From: Savitreella phatthalungensis
Taxonomy: Eukaryota
Direction of reading: 5' to 3'
NCBI GenBank assembly: GCA_051599415.1
Contig: AP039713.1
Location: forward strand, 186,001 to 207,365
Length of the DNA stretch: 21,365 nucleotides
Shown: positions 19,774 through 21,365 of the stretch, piece by piece
How the letters are laid out: every line of letters starts with the position of its first letter
How positions within the stretch are numbered: position 1 is the first letter of the stretch
Translations under genes and position numbers: made by a program
Notes under the pieces: generated by a model
What the model saw: the letters and a program-made list of their open reading frames with translations, nothing else
The model's database searches: none
Told to the model about the DNA's origin: nothing

Positions 19774-21185
19774 CAAGACATGCATGACTGTGAGGAAAAT
19801 GACGTCAAATCAGGTGAAACGCGATCGTGAAAAGCACAGCCGTTTCAGATTGATTTTTAGAGCGTTTGGCGAGGACTGGTGGCTCAGAGATGTTTGAACC
19901 CATCAATCGATGATCATGTCGTCATGGGGTTTCCGGTACTGGGCACGCAGTCAATGCAATCAGAAGGGTGGCGTCGCGGTCAATCCCGATCTAGAGCGAC
20001 AAAGTCCAAACGAGTCTACTGAGTTGTGAAAGGGATCATGCGACCAGCGATGAGTATGGGCTGCTGCAGATACAGGCAGAGCGAGCACGCGATTCGACAG
20101 AAAAGGCAAGACCGGCAGCAAGATAAGAAGAGAATGAGGGAGCGAAAAAACAAGATCGGCGACGCAGTTCTGCGGCTGAAACAAGATCGGCAGCGGGATA
20201 ACAAAACAACGACGACAGCGGAAAGATATGCGTGTCGACAAATGACCAATATCTGCAAAAGTAACGTCAATGAAGGATTTATGCTGTGGAGGACAAAACA
20301 AAAGAAGCGGACGCGTTTGTCGCATGAGTCAAGCAAGAGAAGCGTCTGAAACACCGCAAATGTGAGCGATAGCGGGAGCATCTGCCATTTTGAGGGGAAA
20401 TCGACAGCCCTCAGGGTCATAGACGGCAAGAAACGTCCCAATCGCCGTGTCAAGGCATGTTTCACACGAGATGGGGGTTCATTGTGTGGTGAACAGGAGG
20501 GAAATGACAATTCGACTCCAGTGAAGGCGCCGAGTGAGAGTGTGGCTGGCAAGGTTTGTTGACGCAATGAGTGGCATAGGAAAATGATCAACCAAACCAT
20601 TGGGGCGGGAATCAGCACCATGTAGTGTAGTGACGGAGTGGAATGCCGACACAAGACAGACAGGAGTATCAGATTTTGAGGATGGAGACGGCGCAATGGT
20701 TGTAGCGTTCATAAGCGTGAATGCAAATGCACGACGGTGGGATGGCGAAGAAATTGATTGGATGCAGACGGGACAAAAGCCATGAGTTCAAAGTGTAAAA
20801 TGAGGCAGTGGCGAAAATAAGTGACACCGTAAACAAACATCGAGATTAACCCACGTTAGAAGCGTGTACGCGGGAACGTAACAAGGTAGCAGGCCAGTAG
20901 CGTAGAGACAAGGATAGCTGAGGAGAGAGCCCCCAATCGTGCATTGGAACAGTAAGACCGATAAGGCCATTCAAATGAATAACAGAATTGAAAGCGAGAG
21001 GGGAAGTGCGGGAAGCGTGAAAGGCGAAGGACGGATGGAACATAAGTAGACCCCAGCAGGAGCGAATGCGTGCAGGCGAGCATAGCAAAGCAGCAGGCGT
21101 GAGCGGAGAAACGATGTTTGCGAAGGACCGGAGCAGAGCGAGAGTTGGGGCATTGGTTAGTTTGACGGCGGTTAGTTTTTGTGGG

Positions 21186-21295
21186 TCAGGGTCAGGGTCA
21201 GGGTTAGGGTTAGGGTTAGGGTTAGGGTTAGGGTTAGGGTTAGGGTTAGGGTTAGGGTTAGGGTTAGGGTTAGGGTTAGGGTTAGGGTTAGGGTT
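21186..21295 (+). repeat. Telomere: (TCAGGG)3 followed by (TTAGGG)15 + TT
   Basis: TCAGGG x3 at 21186-21203 and TTAGGG x15 at 21204-21293. The G-rich strand runs 5'->3' toward the end of the window, as expected for a right chromosome end. Confidence 0.97.
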
Positions 21296-21365
21296 AGGTG
21301 CTGTTCTCGCAAAGGCAGAAAGTAGTCTTAACCTTAGCAATACGTAACTGAACGAAGTTGTCAAA
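21296..21365 (+). other. Untrimmed Oxford Nanopore native barcode (NB06/BC06) with flanks plus ligation adapter; technical artefact
   Basis: AGGTGCTG (21296-21303), TTCTCGCAAAGGCAGAAAGTAGTC (21304-21327), TTAACCTT (21328-21335), AGCAATACGTAACTGAACGAAGT (21336-21358). These match the ONT barcode flanks, barcode 06 and the Y-adapter bottom strand as recalled from the kit sequences. Confidence 0.95.

Noticed and set aside
17790..21180. Telomere-linked RecQ helicase, Penelope-like or other RT remnant in the terminal region
   Set aside because: No Walker A, DEAH or YxDD-type motifs in the ORF track or in the frames read by hand. The short ORFs look compositional. A BLASTx search would be needed to exclude very decayed remnants.
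20846..21364. ORFs with (PN)n on minus and (GL)n on plus
   Set aside because: These are translations of the telomeric hexamer and the adapter.
21186..21365. Interstitial telomeric sequence or telomere-inserted element, since non-telomeric DNA follows the array
   Set aside because: The following 70 nt are ONT barcode and adapter, not genomic.

Overview
This is the last ~21 kb of a chromosome arm from a compact, intron-poor fungal genome. The proximal half (1-10.4 kb) holds five recognisable, apparently intronless genes: proteasome beta-4 (PRE1), casein kinase I (HRR25/hhp1), a CECR5/HDHD5-type HAD-IIA hydrolase, a Zn(II)2Cys6 transcription factor and, divergent from it, a TRI12-like MFS efflux pump. 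From ~10.7 kb it becomes subtelomeric, with orphan ORFs, decayed coding-like tracts and degenerate repeats. The window ends in (TCAGGG)3(TTAGGG)15 joined to an untrimmed Oxford Nanopore native barcode and adapter, so this is a true chromosome end and the last 70 nt are an artefact. The best candidate for something new is the last intact gene before the telomere (16130-17785). It carries GIY-YIG nuclease-like motifs with an RGG-rich insert, a PIP-box-like motif, a tandem DEIE acidic tail and a terminal SIM-like motif. All family assignments come from reading motifs by eye; no database search was run.
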